NCBI RefSeq assembly: GCF_009914755.1
Contig: NC_060929.1
DNA: 64,000 nucleotides
Source of the DNA: the human T2T-CHM13v2.0 reference genome, Homo sapiens
Reading direction: 5' to 3' (one strand)
Part shown: piece by piece, positions 1 through 14,638 of the stretch
Position numbering within the stretch: the stretch's first letter is position 1
How the letters are laid out: each line of letters starts with the position of its first letter
The notes under the pieces: model-generated
Told to the model about the DNA's origin: nothing
Databases searched by the model: none
Seen by the model: the letters and a program-made list of their open reading frames with translations, nothing else
Made by a program: the position numbers and the translations under genes

Positions 1-284
1 CAAATGAAAAGCAGTTTCAAAAATCCCAGCCCCACAATCCCAAAGCTAAGAGGAGTGGATTTGAGACTGAGAGACCATTATCTTCATAACTGGTATAGTG
101 TCTTTTAACATAAAAGATCCTTCACCCCAACTTAACGGTAAATCCTTAAGTTACATTTACCTTAAGGGTAAATTTAAATCCATGTGCTCTAATTCATTTC
201 TCTGAGAAAGAACAAAGAGTCTCCTTAATATCATCACTCTAATCCTTGGAAACATTAAGGTGTTGTTGACATCTTACCTGGTGC

Positions 285-345
285 TCTCTGTATCACTTGC
301 ACAGCATATATTATGCTCTTAACAAATATTAGTTGAATGAATGTG
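285..345 (+). mobile_element. L2 LINE 3' end remnant
   Basis: 'acagcatatattatgctcttaacaaatattagttgaatgaatg' resembles the L2 3' terminus (…ctcaataaatatttgttgaatgaatg). Confidence 0.45.
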
Positions 346-1604
346 TAAAAGTATATTCTCAGCATAACTCTGACTTCTGAATTCTCTTTAAACAATGCAT
401 TTTTCATCCCCTTTATCACTGGACTAGGATATAAATATTTATACTGTAAAAACTATAGCACCACAGAAATATGACTTCACAATTTCAGAAGCTCTGATGT
501 TTCTTAAGACAGTTAATATAGATTTTGCATGTTTCTCTCAAACTACAGAGGGAATGAGGAAATAAAATAGAATTCCTTTGATTTCCTCTAAGGTTGAATC
601 TTCCTTCCCAAAATCCCAATGATGCATCAGGCTACTCTTCGGATTCTCCGTATCACATGAAAGATACAGGTGAGCCATTCAGCTTTTGTATAAAAGAAAT
701 AAGAGATGATCTTATCTTATTTTGGGCCTCAGTCACCTCAATTTACCCTCAATCTCTCTTGGGTGCTGTAGTACCTTCCAGGCATAAAGTGTTCAATCGT
801 ATGCAGTAAATAAATTATTTTAGAGATAGTCCTATTAAAGTATGTTTAAAAAAATAAGATTTATGTTTACAAAATTCATTCACTTTACATAGTTACATGT
901 TTAGTTTTGTTTATGGCAATTCAATATGTTGTCACTAAATATTTTTTTTCAAAATCAGATAACATAAACTTAAATATGATAGAAGAGGAGAGAATTGATT
1001 CATTGAAACAGTGGCCTTCAAAACTCCTTTTTCTCAAAAAAAAAAATATTTGAAGGGGTGATGTAAAACCTTTTGTTTTTCTTATGACAGCATTCCAAGT
1101 CTTTCTCAAATATATTCGAGGACTTTATTTTGTAGACACTTTAGAAGTTGGATTTTTTTCAAGAAACATCTGTAAATGTTAGAAAAACAGTTCAAATCTT
1201 AAGAACAAGATGTATAAACAAGTTGTATAAACACATTTTAGTGCATTATGTGGTCAACCCAATATTTAATCATGGTTATCCATTATGTTTTATAAAACAT
1301 GTTACACTGTTTTTCCTGACATTAATTGCATTATTAAGATATTATGGAAGGATGTATTTGTTATTTGTTTATGACTTTCTTTGTCATTCATCAAAAGTAT
1401 GCTATTGTACCATGAAGAGCAATCTCTGCTGACCAGGCTGTTTACAAGTATCAGAAGAAATGCAATGTCAGGCTTTTGGTACTATAATTCCATGGGCAGT
1501 CTCTTGATTTTCCACATAAAATAGATCTACTTTATACAAGGCACTTTTCTCTTAGAATTTTTTTTAAGTTTAGTTTTAAAATCTAAAGCTAATTCTAAAT
1601 AAAT

Positions 1605-1735
1605 GCTGTCCTGTGCACTGTAAGATTTAGTAATATCTGTGGCCTTTTCGTACTAGATGACAGTTGCACCCCACCAAACTTGGACACTAAAATTATCTCC
1701 CAAGGAGCAAAACTGCCCCCAGTTGAGAACCACTG
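1605..1735 (-). mobile_element. MER20 (hAT-Charlie) DNA transposon fragment
   Basis: gctgtcctgtgcactgtaagat…aaaactgcccccagttgagaaccactg is the reverse complement of the recalled MER20 left half, including its TIR. Confidence 0.75.
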
Positions 1736-2724
1736 CTTTGGAACTTGACTGTTTCCCTTCCATTCTTTCTGTTTTTCTTGTCTCCTCTTTTGGGGCCCAT
1801 TATAAAATATAGGGTTGAAATGTTCCTCTTTCTAAATTACTTATTGGGCTGCTTATTCTGGAAGATTGACCTAGGGTTAATCACAAGGCAAGACCTGGTT
1901 TAGAATCAGTGAGATGACCCTTACTGGAAATGATGATTGCATGGTAATTTTAAGTATGCTAGCTTTTTATGTGAGGGTGATACTAAGGATGTACTGTACT
2001 ACAAACATATGATACTGAAAGGTGTTTATGTGAAAGTAGTCATAGGGTGAACTAAATTTTACAGGAAGATTTAATGTAATTTGAGCTAAAGCTTTAGGAG
2101 AGAATGTTAGAAGGATCACTGGACACAGGAACTGAGTCATTTAATAAGAAACATTTCCAATATTCTAGATCATCCAAATTATATAACTAAGAAAAAAATA
2201 TATATATTTCTCATCATATAAAAATAAACTGTTATGACTAGCAAAATAAAATTTATTGCTATAATTATAATTACTACAATTATACTAAAAAGATACACAA
2301 TCTTTAATAACCATAAGCTCATTAATCCTCATATTAATATGTAATAGTTGCTCATCACAACTGTTACCCAACCTTGAAAATGGAACTTATAGATCTTTTA
2401 TTTTGTCCACGTATAAGACAAATTTAAACTCTAAAAGCAATTTATTTGTTGCAGTTAACAAAGACTTGTGATTTCTACTGGAAAAGAAAGGAAAACAAAT
2501 TTTTGGAAGTGCTAACTTAAATTAGTGTGTTTTTATTATTTTTCTTGTTTTTATGTCTGTCTTCATAACCAAACATTTCTAATGAAAGGGCTACAACTTT
2601 CAATCAATTAATAATCTGAATTATAAATCAGGAAAAAGTCGCAGACAACATGTAACTGAAATTCATCAAAGCATAAGATAAGATAGCACATAATATATTG
2701 TCAGAATATTTTTTAAAATATTAG

Positions 2725-2995
2725 TCATTTACACATGTATATATATCATTATTTATCCAAACCTATAAAATGTGCAACATCAAAAGTGAATCCTAATGTT
2801 AAACTATGAACTTTTCGTGATAATAATGTGTCAGTACAGGTTTATCAGTTGTACTATTCTAGTGGGGGATGGTGATATTGGAAATAGCTACGCATGAGTA
2901 GGGGCAGGGGATAGATGAGAAATCTCTGTACCTCCCTGTCAATCTTGTTGTCAATCTAAAACTGCTCAAAAATTTAAAAACATTCTTTAAAAATC
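2725..2995 (+). mobile_element. Old L1 (L1MC-like) 3' UTR fragment
   Basis: caaaacctataaaatgtgcaacatcaaaagtgaatcctaatgttaaactatg…aatctctgtacc…aatctaaaactgctcaaaaa is typical of L1MC 3' ends. Confidence 0.7.
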
Positions 2996-3109
2996 TGTAA
3001 TTTATATTATTAACTGTTGAAACTATTATGACTAAAGATTCTGGTTATTTAAAATTGATAATAATTGTGAAACAATGATCAGATATTATATGACAAGACA
3101 CCATATCTA

Positions 3110-3715
3110 CACTTGTCCTATTTAACATTTATATCAATAACTTAGATGAAGCAAATGCTTGGGGCATGCTTTGCAAATGTGACGACAACAGTAAAAAGCC
3201 AGAAAGGACAGCAAATACAGTGATGTTAAAATCTGAATCCAAAAGGATAGTAGAAGACATGAAACAAGGAAAGCTCACAATGAAATTTGACAGATTATTA
3301 CAGGTCTTGCACTACAATCCGAAGGCACAACTTTGGATCAAAGACAAATGGAGAAAATTGGTTTAGAGGCAGCCTGTATGAGAAAGAATTACAGGATTAG
3401 TTGAATTCAAATTCAGTGTGACTCAACAATGAGATTTGTTTGCCAAGGAACTAATGTGATCTAAAGGTATATTAACTTCTATTGTTCCTGATATTTTATA
3501 TCTAGATATTCTGATAGCTAGAATGGCATTAGGGATAGTATTTCTTTACTTTGAATTGGTTAGATCTTACCAGGATGATTTTTGAAAGATAGGAGAATGG
3601 TAAAGTGAACTTCACTTCATGTCATTTGAGCAGTGGTTGAGGAAACCTATCATGCCTGGAGAAATATAATTGCTCCCCTCAGATATTTAAGGAGCTATTA
3701 TATGGAAGATGAATT
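3110..3715 (+). mobile_element. L3/CR1 LINE fossil (reverse-transcriptase region)
   Basis: 3121 onward translates FNIYINNLDEA…MLCKCDDNSK, a decayed form of the CR1 RT motif FNIFINDLDEG…KFADDTKL; the 3' boundary is uncertain. Confidence 0.6.
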
Positions 3716-4449
3716 TTGTTTTTTTTTCTATATAAGTAACTCTCAAAGTTAGGCCTGCTAGCTACAAGTTATTTTACCTGATTGTAGTCTAATTTCCTGC
3801 TCAACAGACTACAAACCTAGACTTTCCAAGCAAATGAAAATCTAAACAAATACTAACAGAAAATTGGTATAACTCTTTCACTTTTATTCATCTTAAAAGT
3901 GTTGTTACCTTTTACAGAAAACCTTTAGGAATGTGCTAAAATCGTTTACAGTACTTATTAAACTTTCTTCTGCCTCTAACTCTGTGCATAGGATTCTGTT
4001 ATAGACCAAACTTCATTACCTCAAAGTAAAATACCAGTTACTACTGCTGATACAGTAGGTGTACCTTAGAACTGTTGAGTCTCAGAGTTGTTAAGAATGG
4101 ACTATTGATGAATCAGATAACAGATTTTGGTGGAGATAAAGCTAAAGTTTTTTCTTGCCTTTTTATTTCCATCTTAACTTTAATATAACTTTGGAAGGAG
4201 TAGGTCCTTTTTCTCTCTAATAGATAATAGAAAAACACCATTATCTACAAAACATATGACATTTTTTCATTAGGGAATTTATATTGTTATTTTAATACAA
4301 ACAGTGAGAAGAGCTATAGGTCAATTGTTCCACAATTAATGCCATCATTTTGGGTAGGCACATCTCAGCTTTTAACTGCTTTATAGCTGAATAATTCGAT
4401 ACAACAAATCACCTTAATGTCACCTATAGGTACATTTAGAAATCAGTGT

Positions 4450-4685
4450 ATTTTTTAATTGTGGTAAGGATATTTAATATGAGATTTGTCCTCTTAACAA
4501 ATTTTAGGTGTACAATATATTATCGTTGATTCCAGGTAAATATTGTATGACAGATCTCCAAAGCTTATTCATCTTATTTAACTGAAATTTTGTGCCTGTT
4601 GATTAATAACTCATTTCTCTCTCCCTCTGTAGTTCTTGGTAACAACCATTCCAGTCCTTGATGTTATTAATTTCACTATTTTGGA
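4450..4685 (-). mobile_element. Old L1 (L1MA/L1MB-like) 3' end
   Basis: ttttttaattgtggtaag…ctcttaacaaattttaggtgtacaata…cttattcatctt…ggtaacaaccattc is an antisense L1M 3' UTR. Confidence 0.7.
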
Positions 4686-6429
4686 AGGAATTGAAACTCT
4701 ATCACCCCCCTCCCCTTTCCCTCCAATAGTAAGGCTTTCACTGTTTGTTTTTATTGGGAAGTGAGTTATTTCTTTTGTCCTGGTTTTCCATATTCTATGA
4801 CATTCATTTATAAGACTAAATTACAAGTTCTATTAAAGAAAAGATGAATTAACTTTATCAATTCATCTTTGTCTCCTCCATGATGTTTTTCAAAAGGTAA
4901 CTATTCATGATACATATTTACTGAGTAAAGAGAGTTCTAATTTAAATAATTGGTAACAAGAAAAATGCTTAACCATAATTTTGGATGGGAACTTAAGGTT
5001 TATTCCCCAAAGAACAACTTATTATCACATAAAATTGATAAGACAAAACAATAAGTTCCTCAAATCCAAATGACAGGTAAATGTTTGGTTTCTTGGAAAG
5101 AATGGAATCAAGAAATTGATCAGATGATATCTGTCCATAGTTAATCATTTATCTAGGGTACACTGTCCACCTTGGTCCACTTAAATTGTATTTTGTGAAT
5201 GATTTTAGGCTGACAACTGGAAAGGGAAGTCTAAAATTACTTTTGTTAGCCAGACCCCATCAACCCTGAGCAGATCTTTCTGCTGTAGCTATTACCAAAT
5301 GGTTTATACATAGAACACTCAAAAGAGATTTATTTTTCATCTGGAGCTTAGAGAAATATACAATAGAGCAACAAATGACAAATGCCATAATTGCTTAGGG
5401 GTATTATCATTCCTAGTGCAAGAGATCAAATCTGGAAGCTTAAAATAAACTAAGCATTCATTCACTTTGCTAAAGAGCATGAACCAAGTAATTGCTTACT
5501 TTTTTCAGAGTTCAGTGGAAAGTCAACTGTTAGAACAAAGTGATTTCAGCTTTGTCACTGAACAATAAATGTGCTCAATGAAGCTTGACTGGTTGTGTTT
5601 TTCTTTTTTTTGCCATCCTGCATAAAACAAAGATCAACTTCAGAGCACAAGTGGCATTTGGCACTAAGTTGGCACTGTTGCAAAGTGGAATTTTTTCTGT
5701 CTACTTTGACAGGAAAATTTTTTTTAATGGCTGTTCTCTTCACTGGTTATCAATGCCCTTAAAGTCAAAAGGTGTGAGTTTTAAATGTATGTTCACCACT
5801 TTCAGGTTATGGAACATTGAAAACAACACTTGTCCCTCTGTGCCACACCTGAGGAAAGTAAGGAGAATGATATTTGTGTTGTCTGTCTCAAAACGTGTTT
5901 AGGTAGAACACGTCCATTCATATAAAGGAAACTGGTAAATCAGCAAATCATGATTGTAAATGTTAATAACCAAATTCTCTATAAATATACTTGGGGAAAG
6001 AGTCATAAGGAAATAAGAGCTAATATGCATTTGAATTCCTACTATGTGTCAAAATCATCTTTGAATATCACTGAGGTAACCATTGCATATAATTTGCCTA
6101 CTTCCCTAAATTTCTTTTTGTTGTTGTTGTTATATCATTAACAAATACTTATTGAGCAACTACTCTGAGCAAAGTATTGTGGTTTGGCCCTCTGTGCAAC
6201 CAGTGCTATACAATGTACATATTAAAAATTCCCTAAATTTCTGAAGGGAATTACAATCTTATTTTGAAAAATTCAAGTTACATTACCACCATATATATGG
6301 TGGACATGTAATGCCTTTGCTGGTGGACTCCCTGCCTGCATGGTCAATGGAAAATGCTAATGGAAGGAAGAAGACTCCACAGCAGGAATGGTGTAACCAC
6401 TGTCAGATGTTGTTATATAGCGGACAAGT

Positions 6430-7080
6430 GCAGACAGCCTAATGCAAGCAAGATATATTTACAAGGAAGTTTGCTACGCCATAGTTACTAGTTTCAAAAA
6501 CTAAAAACACATTAAATTCCCATCAATAGAGAAATGGTTGAATAATTTGTAGTACATTTATACTATAAGATATACAGCCATTAAAAAGGCTGAGTTGTCT
6601 TTATACTAGTTGAACTGGAGGAATTTTTACAATATGTTGCTCAGTGGGAAAAGCTAAATGAAGAAAGAAGTATATGACTGATTTTTCTCAAATAATGGCA
6701 AAAATCTCACATATACATGATTATTGATGTGTAACCACATGTTAATATTATTTATATGGGACTTAGAAAAAGAAATGGATGAGTAAGTTAAAGTAGGAAG
6801 AGAAAATAAGTGTTTACATAATAGAAATAGAATATATGATTCAGTTTATGTACAATGTAGTATGTGCACATTTCACATCTATGAGTGTATATAATGTGAT
6901 GCACTAAAAGATAGTCATCAAATTAATGGTGGTATCTCAAGCTGTTGGGATTTTAGGACACTTTAAAACTTTTTACTTTCTATACCTTTTGTTTTTATAA
7001 TTTTTCTATGTTTTAAATTTTACACAATGAATGCGTACTATTTATATCATTTGGAAAAAAATAAATTCTGCCTTTGAATA
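6430..7080 (+). mobile_element. Old L1 (L1ME/L1MC-like) 3' fragment
   Basis: cccatcaatagagaaatggttgaataatttgtagtacattt…cagccattaaaaag is a degraded ORF2 end/3' UTR. Confidence 0.55.
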
Positions 7081-7203
7081 AAAGTACACATCTTATTACT
7101 TCTTAATAAGTACTGCTTAAACCCAAATAATTCCCCATGACCTATAAAATCCAACCCATAGAATGAAGCAGAAGTTTTTTTGTGATCTGATCCTGACTTG
7201 TTT

Positions 7204-8533
<1,330 letters not shown>

Positions 8534-8539
8534 AATTAT

Positions 8540-9300
8540 TGCCCAGTGATTTTGAATCATAGGCAATCTTCTGAATACCCCATGGTGTTTCAGTCATCCA
8601 ATCTTTGAACTCTTTGTTTTCTCTACAATGCACTTTATACTTAACCTACCTGCCTGTAAATGACTTCATATTTATACTGCAAATTTCAACTTAGGTGTTT
8701 ACCCATCAAATATATCATCAGCAGCATCCCTCCAAATTTCCCACTAATTAGTCAGCAAATGTTAACTGAACACCTATGTACCTAGCATTATGTTATTTAA
8801 GAATAAGTAATACCAATACTTACTTTTAAAAAACATCCTGATTGCTTAAAAAACATTCTGTTTAGGGGTGATAGTCTAGTAAGGTGATAATGACAGCTTA
8901 ACTGGGTAAGTGTAGTGATTAAAGGTGCATTATAGGGCCTGAGGGAGAGAAGGGGATCTACGTTGGTGAAGGAAAGCTTCACAGCATGGGTAAAATTTGA
9001 GTAAAATCTTGAAGAGCTTTGGTAAGTGGAAGTTATCTCTTCCAAAATTAAGTTCACTTGTTCCTGGCAGAGGAAACTTCTTGTAAGAAGGCCGGGGTGC
9101 AAACAGCCATGTTTCAAGACCTACAATGGTATGCCACCTTTGGAGAATATCCATCAGCAGACTGACCTGTGTTGTTTGTCTTTCCCCACCAGGCATGTAC
9201 TCCTTGAGAACAGTCAGCTTCTTATTCCTCACTGTGCACTCTCTCAGCAGCTGGCACAATGCCTGACAGAATGGGTGTTCTGTAGTGGTGGTGCCCTGAA
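8540..9300. mobile_element. L2 fragments in both orientations
   Basis: cagcaaatgttaactgaacacctatgtacctagc (antisense L2 tail) and ctccttgagaacag…ctggcacaatgcctgacaga (sense L2 3' region). Confidence 0.45.
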
Positions 9301-11339
9301 CTGAACTGAATCCTGACCATTCAGCCCTGCTCATAAAGATCCCCACTCAACCCTGTCATTTATAATACAGGGAATTTTCTAACTACTTTTATTCATTTCA
9401 CTTCAAATCAAAGTGCTGAACCCTTTGTGGAATTTTGTTGATTTGAAGTGAAGCATATTTATTTCCGTACTTCATCTATATTCCGTCTAATGTGCAATTT
9501 TAATTTCATTATTATCTTATTTGTCTTTTATCTTTTATTCAAAAGAGAAAAGCAAAGAGCCTGCATACATCAGTGGATCCCAGGAACAACTGAAATGTTT
9601 TTCTGAAACAAGGGAGACCAAAAGCTTTTATCCCTTCCTCCCAGTTATGGGAGCAGAAGCTCCTTGCAATTTCCCAAGATAATATTCCTATTCTGGCTTT
9701 TATTTGTAACCTTTTATCTCATTCAATTAATTTCATGCTTAGCAAAGGGATGCATGTGTATGACTTTTAAATTATTTTAAAGTGTATGAAAAAACTGAAA
9801 ATGAGTGGAGTTCCTTGCCCTCACTCCATCACACATCACCCCATCCCACAATCTCAAGAGGTAACCACTTTCAACTCTTTTGGCTGTCTTTTGGTATTTT
9901 CACCTAACTTTCCAAATTATATGCTTGTATTCTAGTTCTTTTATTGATTTTAGACATTTATCTATTAGCTGTTACTGTGCTATCTATAGCACTTCATTTC
10001 AGCATAGAATGAGATATGTGTGTTAATTATAACCTGTGTGTGATCAGTTATTCTAATCACACCTTAGACACAGTCAGCTAATCAGGAAACCCACTCTCCA
10101 GAGGCTATCACTACAAATCCTTCTGTCTTGTTTATTTCTTACATCACAGGATTTGATAATTAGCATAATGAATACAAGAAATGGCTTTCCATAGGTGAAT
10201 TAATGGCTTTTAATTGAAATTTGCATGAGCTGATCATTGGTAAATTAGATGTATTCAAGATACGTGGACTGGCTGAAATATTTTAGAGATTTCTCTATTT
10301 TTTCATTAAACATGAGTATAATCTAAAGAAGCCTGTAGTTTAAAGACTTAGAGTTAATCATAGGCTTAAACCCTAGAGGGTCCCGTGAACAGACTAATTT
10401 GGAGGGATTCTGATAGGCAATTGCCTGTTTTTAAAATTAACTAAATCCTGCCTCAAAAAATATTTCTTGTTTGTCTCTGATTACATTTTCATGTGGATTT
10501 TAGTTAGAACATCTAAAAGAATGAGAATGAGAACTCTTGAATCGTAGGATTGTTTGTGTGCCTGCTCGCTGATGAATGTTTATGTAATAGGAGAAATTTT
10601 ATGTGACAATTTTTTCTGACTTGCCTTCTTCATTAAAGATTTGTTTGAGGATATTGAATAGTAGCTAAACACCACTGAATTCAACCTCCTTTGGAGGCTT
10701 TCATATTAACTAAAAAGAATCTAAGGGTTTATGTAGAACTAAGTTGGCTAAGTCAGTTTGCAGCAAATATTTATTATAGCAAATTATTCAGCTTGCTTAT
10801 ACATTTTCTATCTTACCCAATATTCCCTATAAATTATATAATTATTTTTGGTTAAATTATATAATAATCTTTGCTTAAATTATTATTTAGTGTTCTTATT
10901 ATGATTACAAAAATATTGTTCATCCTAAGGCAAGTAGTTTATTTTGATTTTTCCTGTTACTGATCAATTTTTATTTTCTTCTGTAATAAGTGCCTCATTT
11001 TTTCATTCATTTCATTTCCTCCCTTCTTACAGTACCCTTCAACTGTCTGTTAATAAACATTTTTACACAACTAAACCTATCATATAACTGATCAGTTGCA
11101 ATTTTTCTTCTGGAAACTACATGTCTATTCCATTCTTGACTGGTTGCTCTTTGCAGATCTAATGCTTTCCTTGAGACTCCTTTTACTATAAAACCGCTTT
11201 CGGAGGTGTGACCCCTGTGTCCTGAACCATTTTCTTTGTATTTCTTGGTTTATGTTCTAAATATACTGAAGAGCATACCCTGGTACTTTCCTGAGAAACG
11301 ATGTACGTGAGGCAAACATGTGAAGCCCGTGCTATCTGA

Positions 11340-14080
11340 AATAGGAGAGGAATGCCTGGGTCATATTGTAGGTGTATATTTGACTTTTCAAGCAACTGAA
11401 ACTGTTTTCTAAAGGTATTGCATCATTTTACATCTCCATCAGCAGTATAAATGAGTTCCAGTTGCTCCATATCCTCACCAACACTTGGTATGGTCAGTCT
11501 TCTTAATTTTAGCATTTCTAACAGGTTTGTAGTGGTATCTCATTGAAGTTTTAATTTGTATTTCTCTAATGGCTAATATTGAGCACCTTTTTAAGTGCTT
11601 ATTTGCCATCCATATATCTTCTTTAGAAAAGTCTGCAAATTTTTTGCCACTTTTTAAAAGTTGTTTGTTTTCTTATTAATTAGTTTTGAGATTTCCTTAT
11701 AGATTATGGATTCAAATCCTTTAACATATATATGACTTGCAAATATTTTCTCTCAATCTGTGGCTTGTACTTTTGCTATTTCAATAGTGTCTTTTAAAGA
11801 GCAGAAGTTTTCAATTTTGTTGAATTCCAATTTTTTTTAATTTTATGGACTATGCTTGTGGTGATTTGTCTGATCCAACATCACAAATATTTTCTCCTCT
11901 TTTGTTTTCTTTTAGAAGTCTTATAGTTTTCGGCTTTTACATTTAGGTCTATGATTCATTAGGGCTAACTTTTGTTTATGGTACAAAGTATGAATCCAAG
12001 TTTATTTTTTTACATATGAATATCCAAATTTTCAACATGTCAACAACTTTGAAAAGACTTTTTAAAACTGATTGGCTTTGTGCTTTTGTTGAAAATCATT
12101 TGACTATGTACATGTGGATTTATTTCTGAACTCTTTATTCTATTCCACTGATGTACTGTATTGTATATGTTCTGCCAGTACTGCAATGTCTTAATTGTAG
12201 TTCTATAATAACTCCTGAAATCAGGTACTTTAAGTCCTCCAACTTTGTTGTTCTTATGCAACATTATTTTGGTTATTCTATGTCCTTTGCATTTTCATAT
12301 GAATTTCAGAATCAGCTTGTAAATTTCTGCAGAACATTTTCTGGGATTCTGACAGAAATTACATGAAATCTATGAATCAGATTGGGGAGAATTACAATAT
12401 TGGATTCTTCTAACCCATAAACATGGTATTTCTCTCTATGTCTTCTTTAATTCTTTTGGCAGAGTTTTATAGTTTTTAAGGAAACTATAGAACTTATGCA
12501 GACTTATCACTAAGTAATAATTTTGACACTGCTGCATTTTGCATTTAAATTTCTGATTGCTCATTGCTAAAAATAGAATTTATTTTGTATACTGATCTTG
12601 TCTTCTTCAACTTTTCTAACTTATTAGTTCTAGTTTCATAGTTGTAGATTCCATAGGAATTTACCATGTATGATCACGTTATCTGAATAAAGACAGCTAT
12701 ACCTCTTTTATTCCAAAATGAATAACTTTTTTTTAACCTTGTCTTATTGCACTGGCTAGAACCATTGATACAATCCTGAATAGAAGTAGTGACAGAAGCC
12801 ATCCTTGCCCTGTACTTGATATTAAGGGGAGAATATTGAGTCTTTTCACGATTAAGTATGCTGGTAATTGTAGTTTTTTGTTAAAGGCTTTTTTTTCAGG
12901 TTCAATGGATCCCCTTCTTTTGATAGTTTACTGAGAGTTTTTATCAGTTGAGATATTGGATTTTGTTAAGTATAGTATCATCATATATTGAGATAATCAC
13001 ATGGTTTTCCTTTCCCTTTGTGGTCTGTTAATATGGCAAATTACGTTGACTGATTTTCAAATTGAAAACTTTACATTCCTAGTCTATTTACTTGGTCATG
13101 ATATATTATTATTTGTATGTATTGATGGACTGAATTGCTAACATTTTGTTTATATCTATGTATCTGAGAGAGATGGACCTGTAATTTTCTTTTAATATGT
13201 TTTGGTCTGGTTTGCTATCACAGAAATCCCAGCCTTTTAGAAGAAATTGGAAAGAATGCCTTTGCCTTCAGTTTTTGGAAAGTGTTTGTGTATAATTGGC
13301 ATTACTTCCTCCTTTAAATGTTAGCTAGAATTTACCTGTGAAGCCATCTAGACCTAAAGTTTCTTTATGAGAATATTTTTAACTACAAATTTAATTAGTT
13401 GATATTACAGAGCTCTTCTAGTTCTGTTCTTCCTTAAGCTGAGCTTTAAAAGTTTGTTTCTTTAAAGAATATCTACATTCATTAAATTTTAAAAGTTATT
13501 GGCATAAAGTTGTTTATCATGGTCCCTTTTTAAAAAAATTTATTGACACATAATATTTGTACCTATTTATGGAGAGTACCTGCGATATTCTGTTACATGC
13601 ATAAAATGTGTAATGATCAAATCAGGATGTTTAAGATATCCATCACCTCAAATATTTATCACTTTATGTGTTGAAAACATTTTAAGTCCTGTTTACCAGC
13701 TATTTTGAAATATACAATGCATTATTGTTAACTTTGGTCACCCTATTCTGCTATCAAACATTAGAAAACGTATTCATTCTATCTAACTGTATGTTTGTAC
13801 CCATGAACCAACCTCTCCTCACCCCCCAACACACTATTCCCTATTCCCAGCCTCTGGTATCTATTATTGTACTCTCTACCTCCATGAGATCAACTTTTAG
13901 CTCCCAAATATGAGTGAGAACCTGTCATATTTCACCATGTCTCTTGGTACTCTTTTGTTATGTCTAGAATATTTGATGATGTCAATTATCTCATTCCTAA
14001 TATCAATAATTTGTGTCATTTCTATTTTTTCCTAATCAGCCTGGAAAGTTTATCAACTTGATTTTTATTTTATTTTGTAT
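11340..14080 (-). mobile_element. Old L1M ORF2 fragment (antisense)
   Basis: Decayed ORF2 frames, e.g. 12040-12264 KNNKVGGLKVPDFRSYYR…QWNRIKSSEINPH and 11186-11395 NIHLQYDPGIPLL. Confidence 0.85.
13530..13925 (-). mobile_element. L1MA-like 3' end nested in older L1
   Basis: tttattgacacataatatttgtac…tgtaatgatcaaatcagg…ttttagctcccaaatatgagtgagaac interrupts the surrounding L1. Confidence 0.75.
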
Positions 14081-14638
14081 ATTTTGTATTTTGTTTCTTT
14101 TTAGTGTCTAAGAGTTTTTGCTTAGTCTTAGAGTATTTCTATTTGAAATATGTTATTTTTGTTGAATAAATATTTCCTTTATCTCTTTTAAGATTTTGTT
14201 GGTATTTTTTCCTTTTGATTTCATTTTAATTTGCTATATCAGTCTGTCTTTCATGATGATGACTTTCCTCAAATGTCTGATGAGTTATTAAAAGTGAGGC
14301 AGAGAAAGCATTTCTTTAAGAGGATTGACAAATATCAAGAATCTTATTTCCTGTTTTGGCAGTAGTGGTTGGGGTTTGGTGGTAGTTAGTGGATAGCCTG
14401 GCTATCATTATTCAGCAAGTAAATGTGAAAAGGAAGTTTAGGATGCTGTTTTCAAATAATTTCCCAATTTAAAGTCTTGTGCTTCATCATATCTTCTGTT
14501 GTTGTCCCTGAATTCAGGATCTCTCTCTCTCTTATTTCCTCCATCTTCTGTGAATGGAGAAAAGAAATTGCTTAGTTGTTCAATGTATGTAAACAGACCT
14601 AATCGGGGAGAAGGGGCTGTCTAAGAGTTTTCTACATA

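Noticed and set aside
131-173. cttaa(c/g)ggtaaat repeat and atttacc/ggtaaat hairpin
   Set aside because: Short and AT-rich, with no ancestral consensus to compare against.
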